Positions 15,101 to 17,463 of a stretch of 17,463 bases of DNA are shown here, one piece after another; within the stretch, counting starts at the first letter, position 1; the number at the start of each line of letters is the position of its first letter. Source of the DNA: Abditibacteriaceae bacterium (GTDB taxonomy: Bacteria > Armatimonadota > Abditibacteriia > Abditibacteriales > Abditibacteriaceae); the NCBI GenBank assembly GCA_031372065.1, contig JANMKN010000104.1, forward strand, positions 1 to 17,463, read 5' to 3'. The notes under the pieces were generated by a model. The model saw only the letters and a program-made list of their open reading frames with translations. It had not been told where the DNA came from and did no database searches. The position numbers and the translations under genes were made by a program.

Positions 15101-16519
15101 TTACTTCTGCGCTTTTTTCAGTTCGTCAACCATTTCCTGCGAAATGTCCACGCGCTTAATCATAGTGCGGCCCGGAACGGCTACCGGCGGCACGGGCAAC
15201 GGCCCCCATTCATAATTCGCTTGGAACAATTGCTGGTCGGATTTGAGCAAATCGTCCCATTTGATTTGCTTGCCAGTGTAAGACGCTTCACGGCACATGA
15301 TAGCCGTTAGCGTGCTTTCGGCGACCTGTTGGCCTTCATTGAGAGGTTTACCGTCTTTGATGCTTTGCACCAAATCAATGTGTTCCTGTTGATACGGATC
15401 AATGCCACCACCGGGCGCTTTCCACTCGGCCTCGCCTTTTGCCCAAACGCGATTCGAGCAGTTGGAGGTGCCTTTCGAACCTTGGATAAATTCGGACACG
15501 TTGCTGGCTGTGTTATTCATATGGCGCGCAAAAGACAAAACTTTCACGCCGCCCGGATAAGTCAATTCGGTGGCGAAGTGATCAAAAATATGACCGAATT
15601 GCGGTTGCGTGCGCACTTCGCGCCCGCCCATGCCAACAGCCGATTCGGGATGTGCGCCAATGGCCCAGTTCATAACATCAAGATTATGCAGATGCTGTTC
15701 TACGACAAGGTCGCCGCAAATCCAAGTGAAGTAATACCACTGGGTCATTTGCCATTCCATGTCGTTTTTAAATTTGTCGCGACCTCCGCGATCCCACAGC
15801 AAACCCTGATTCCAGTAGCACTGGCCGCTGATAATGTCGCCAATTGCGCCTTCTTTGATTTTGGCAATGGTTTCGTTGTAGCTTTTGTCATGACGGCGCT
15901 GTGTGCCAGCCACAATAGCCGTGTTGTTTTTCTTGGCAAGCTCGGCAGCGTCCATAACCATCTTCACGCCATGAGCATCTACACCATAAGGCTTTTCGGC
16001 GAAAACGTGCTTGCGTTTTTCAACAGCATAGGCAACGTGCATGGGACGAAAGCCGGGCGGTGTGGCATGAACCATCAGGTCAATGCCGGAATCAACGACA
16101 CCTTTGTAAGCATCGAATCCCTCAAAACAGCGCTCATCGGGGCAGTCCACTTTGTTCTTGTATTTTTCGTCATTACGCACGCCGTCGCGTGCGCCTTTGG
16201 CTTTGGGGAAAGCATCCCCCACAGCCCAAAGCAGCATTTCCGGCGCGGCGTCAAGGTTCTGACGCACTGCGCCACTGCCGCGTCCTCCGCAGCCAACCCA
16301 ACCGACTTTGATGCGTCCCGCGCCCTGCGCGTGCGCGTAGTTGTTACCTAACGCGCCGTAAGCTGTGCCCGCGAAAACGGCGGCTGTTGCCACACTGGCG
16401 CCTTTGATGAAATCGCGGCGCGTTACATCAAGTTCGGCAGATCCTTCTACCGGTTTTACTTCAGCTTCTGCAACCGGCAAAACTGGCTGCTTGTCCTGTT
16501 GTTCAACGTTCATGTCCAA
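15101..16519 (-). CDS. Tat-exported Gfo/Idh/MocA family oxidoreductase
   Basis: TRRDFIK twin-arginine motif, VGCGGRG, ATPPGFRP, HVFAEKP, GTQRRH and VEQHLHNLD. Start at TTG 16519 or ATG 16513. Confidence 0.93.
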   Translation of the reverse strand: MDMNVEQQDKQPVLPVAEAEVKPVEGSAELDVTRRDFIKGASVATAAVFAGTAYGALGNNYAHAQGAGRIKVGWVGCGGRGSGAVRQNLDAAPEMLLWAVGDAFPKAKGARDGVRNDEKYKNKVDCPDERCFEGFDAYKGVVDSGIDLMVHATPPGFRPMHVAYAVEKRKHVFAEKPYGVDAHGVKMVMDAAELAKKNNTAIVAGTQRRHDKSYNETIAKIKEGAIGDIISGQCYWNQGLLWDRGGRDKFKNDMEWQMTQWYYFTWICGDLVVEQHLHNLDVMNWAIGAHPESAVGMGGREVRTQPQFGHIFDHFATELTYPGGVKVLSFARHMNNTASNVSEFIQGSKGTSNCSNRVWAKGEAEWKAPGGGIDPYQQEHIDLVQSIKDGKPLNEGQQVAESTLTAIMCREASYTGKQIKWDDLLKSDQQLFQANYEWGPLPVPPVAVPGRTMIKRVDISQEMVDELKKAQK

Positions 16520-16584
16520 AAAGTCCTTTCAAAAATAAAAACCCGAAACGAGCAAACCAAAGTTTGGTTCGTGCCGGGCCAATT

Positions 16585-17031
16585 TCAACCTTGGTTGTCC
16601 ATCAATTCGTCAATCAAGCGAATACGCTCGATATGTCGTCCGCCCTCGAAGGGCGTTTCAAGCCACGTTTGCACAATCTGCAACGCTGTCGCTTCGTCCA
16701 CCATGCGCGCGCCGATAGAAAGGCCATTGGCATCGTTGTGCAAACGCGATAAACGCGCGGTTTCCACGTTCCAACACAGCGCGCAACGCACGCCGCGCAC
16801 GCGATTGGCAGTTATGGCCTCGCCATTGCCCGAACCGCCCAGCACAATCGCTCGCTCGGCTTCACCGTTGACTGCCGCGCGCGCTGCCGCAAAACAAAAG
16901 GGCGCATAAGGAATCGGCGCGGACGAATCGGTGCCTTTGTCCAGCACTTCATGGCCTAATCCGCCCAAAAACTTCTTGATGCGCTCTTTCAATTCAAAGC
17001 CCGCATGATCCGACCCGATAGCTATTTTCAT
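16585..17031 (-). CDS. rpiB: Ribose-5-phosphate isomerase B (RpiB/LacAB family)
   Basis: IAIGSDHAGF, GGSGNGE, RLHNDAN and FEGGRH motifs. Confidence 0.93.
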   Translation of the reverse strand: MKIAIGSDHAGFELKERIKKFLGGLGHEVLDKGTDSSAPIPYAPFCFAAARAAVNGEAERAIVLGGSGNGEAITANRVRGVRCALCWNVETARLSRLHNDANGLSIGARMVDEATALQIVQTWLETPFEGGRHIERIRLIDELMDNQG

Positions 17032-17037
17032 ACGCAG

Positions 17038-17100
17038 TTTTGAGTTTTGAGGTATGAGTTAGTCGAAAAACTTTTTCAACTCAAATCTCATACCTCAAAA
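17038..17100. repeat. Inverted pair of 7-bp tandem repeats (TWTGAGK)n
   Basis: TTTGAGT TTTGAGG TATGAGT faces ACTCAAA TCTCATA CCTCAAA. Perfect 14-bp IR at 17045-17058/17087-17100. Confidence 0.7.
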
Positions 17101-17105
17101 ATTTC

Positions 17106-17463
17106 TCACTCCTCGCACACTACGCGAAAGCCGGCAAAGGGGCCGTCGGCGAGCCACCATACACTTTTGGGCTTATTCGGGTCGTGCCACGCCGGTGTTT
17201 GCTTGGCGCGCCAGGCGGAATCTACTTTGGCCGCCGGTTCTTTGAATGAACCGCCTTTGAGAACCCAATCGCCATCGTAGCCTTTGGCCCATTCGCCCGC
17301 ATTGCCGAGCATATCGTAAAGACCCCACGCATTAGCTGATTTTTCGCCCATTGGATGAGTGGCTTCATCGGAGTTTTCCTGCACCCACGCCACTTTTTTC
17401 ACATCTTCAGCGCTCAGTTTGCCTTCGCCACCCGCACGGCAGGCATATTCCCATTCGGCTTCG
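17106..17463 (-). CDS. FGE/SUMF1-like domain protein, C-terminal part (5' end outside the window)
   Basis: Frame is open to the window edge: EAEWEYACRAG, NAWGLYDMLGNAGEW, KGGSF and GFRVV. Confidence 0.9.
   Translation of the reverse strand, partial: EAEWEYACRAGGEGKLSAEDVKKVAWVQENSDEATHPMGEKSANAWGLYDMLGNAGEWAKGYDGDWVLKGGSFKEPAAKVDSAWRAKQTPAWHDPNKPKSVWWLADGPFAGFRVVCEE

Noticed and set aside
5741..16351. Long plus-strand ORFs (5741-6655, 9246-10040, 12272-12997, 15329-16351 and others)
   Set aside because: Antisense shadows of well-supported minus-strand genes, with no recognisable motifs.
17106..17463. True formylglycine-generating enzyme maturing the sulfatase
   Set aside because: The catalytic Cys pair that follows RGGS in real FGE is absent (KGGSFKEPAAKVDSAWR).

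Overview
Bacterial chromosomal window, mostly minus-strand carbohydrate-use genes. In transcription order (right to left): FGE-like fragment, rpiB, Tat-exported Gfo/Idh/MocA oxidoreductase, MFS transporter, ThuA-domain protein, DUF1080 protein, WD40 protein, hypothetical helical protein, sulfatase, hypothetical protein, sialate O-acetylesterase, O-methyltransferase, DUF6807/PmoA-like protein, PQQ-type sugar dehydrogenase and a monoheme cytochrome c. One plus-strand acyl-CoA thioesterase follows. The left edge holds the start of an IS5-family element next to a truncated type III Mod-like methyltransferase remnant. Most long intergenic gaps contain a different palindromic element. The strongest unexplained signal is a 6 x 42-bp palindromic array (10047-10298) built from 21-bp halves, lying directly upstream of an uncharacterised 232-aa helical protein that has its own terminator and a candidate promoter overlapping the array. 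A second, sequence-unrelated 6 x 21-bp array lies at 640-765. All family calls come from motif recognition, not database searches.
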